From: Octopus bimaculoides
Taxonomy: Eukaryota
DNA: 34,230 bases
Direction of reading: 5' to 3'
NCBI RefSeq assembly: GCF_001194135.2
Contig: NC_068990.1
Location: 49,345,135 to 49,379,364 of the forward strand
Shown: positions 33,931 to 34,230 of the stretch, piece after piece
Numbering within the stretch: position 1 is the stretch's first letter
How the letters are laid out: every line of letters begins with the position of its first letter
Program-made: the position numbers and the translations under genes
The notes under the pieces: model-generated
Told to the model about the DNA's origin: nothing
Seen by the model: the letters and a program-made list of their open reading frames with translations, nothing else
Databases searched by the model: none

Positions 33931-34230
33931 CAGGGTTTTACCCCCCCAGACTTTGGGAGGTCATAACTTTCAGAAAAACGAATATTTTTTAATGAAATTT
34001 TCTATGCATATAGTATTTACTATGTAGAATCCGAATATACAAAAATTTCCGGTGAAAGTGTTTTGGAATGGGGGTGGGGGACAATTTTCGGAAATTCCAA
34101 CAGAGTCCACTTAAATTTTTCTTAACTTCCAGGAAAATTAATATTTTTTCGTGAAATTTTCTACAAATATACCTTGATGTATGTACATTTCGAGCATGTA
34201 GGAATTTTGAAGGAAACAACTGCAGGTTAT
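33931..34230. mobile_element. Probable TA-targeting DNA transposon/MITE start, running off the window
   Basis: TA|CAGGGT start and AT-rich internal repeats (GAAATTTTCTA twice); the other end is not visible. Confidence 0.4.

Overview
This is eukaryotic genomic DNA (AT-rich, scaffold with six N-gaps), not prokaryotic. The repeat content (RTE LINEs with (GAT)n tails, tRNA-derived SINEs, Penelope-like elements, TTAA MITEs) resembles what I recall from octopus/coleoid cephalopod genomes; this is an inference. The window holds the 5' part of one host gene on the minus strand, the DEAD-box rRNA-biogenesis helicase DDX18/Has1. Seven coding exons (32008-31984, 29581-29537, 21578-21534, 20313-20113, 10557-10398, 8690-8590, 2292-2093) have canonical GT-AG sites and consistent phases. 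They splice into 777 nt (259 aa) covering a Lys-rich N-terminus, an acidic linker, the Q motif, motif I (AKTGSGKT), Ia (PTRELA), GG and Ib (TPGRLLDHL). The gene continues beyond base 1, and a candidate non-coding first exon lies at about 33639-33720. Most of the rest is decayed, often nested transposon sequence in the introns: a piggyBac relic, several RTE LINE copies and their short 3'-end derivatives, a head-to-head Penelope-like palindrome, a maT/Tc1-mariner relic, TTAA MITEs, a Ty3/Gypsy element lacking RT with a Tigger/pogo element inserted in it, and foldback/MITE-like elements. I found no intact autonomous transposon, no CRISPR array and no clearly novel biological system. The most interesting points are long intronic inverted repeats that bracket in-frame exon blocks (possible dsRNA editing, exon skipping or circRNA), the Penelope inversion architecture, and structural features of the RTE ends.
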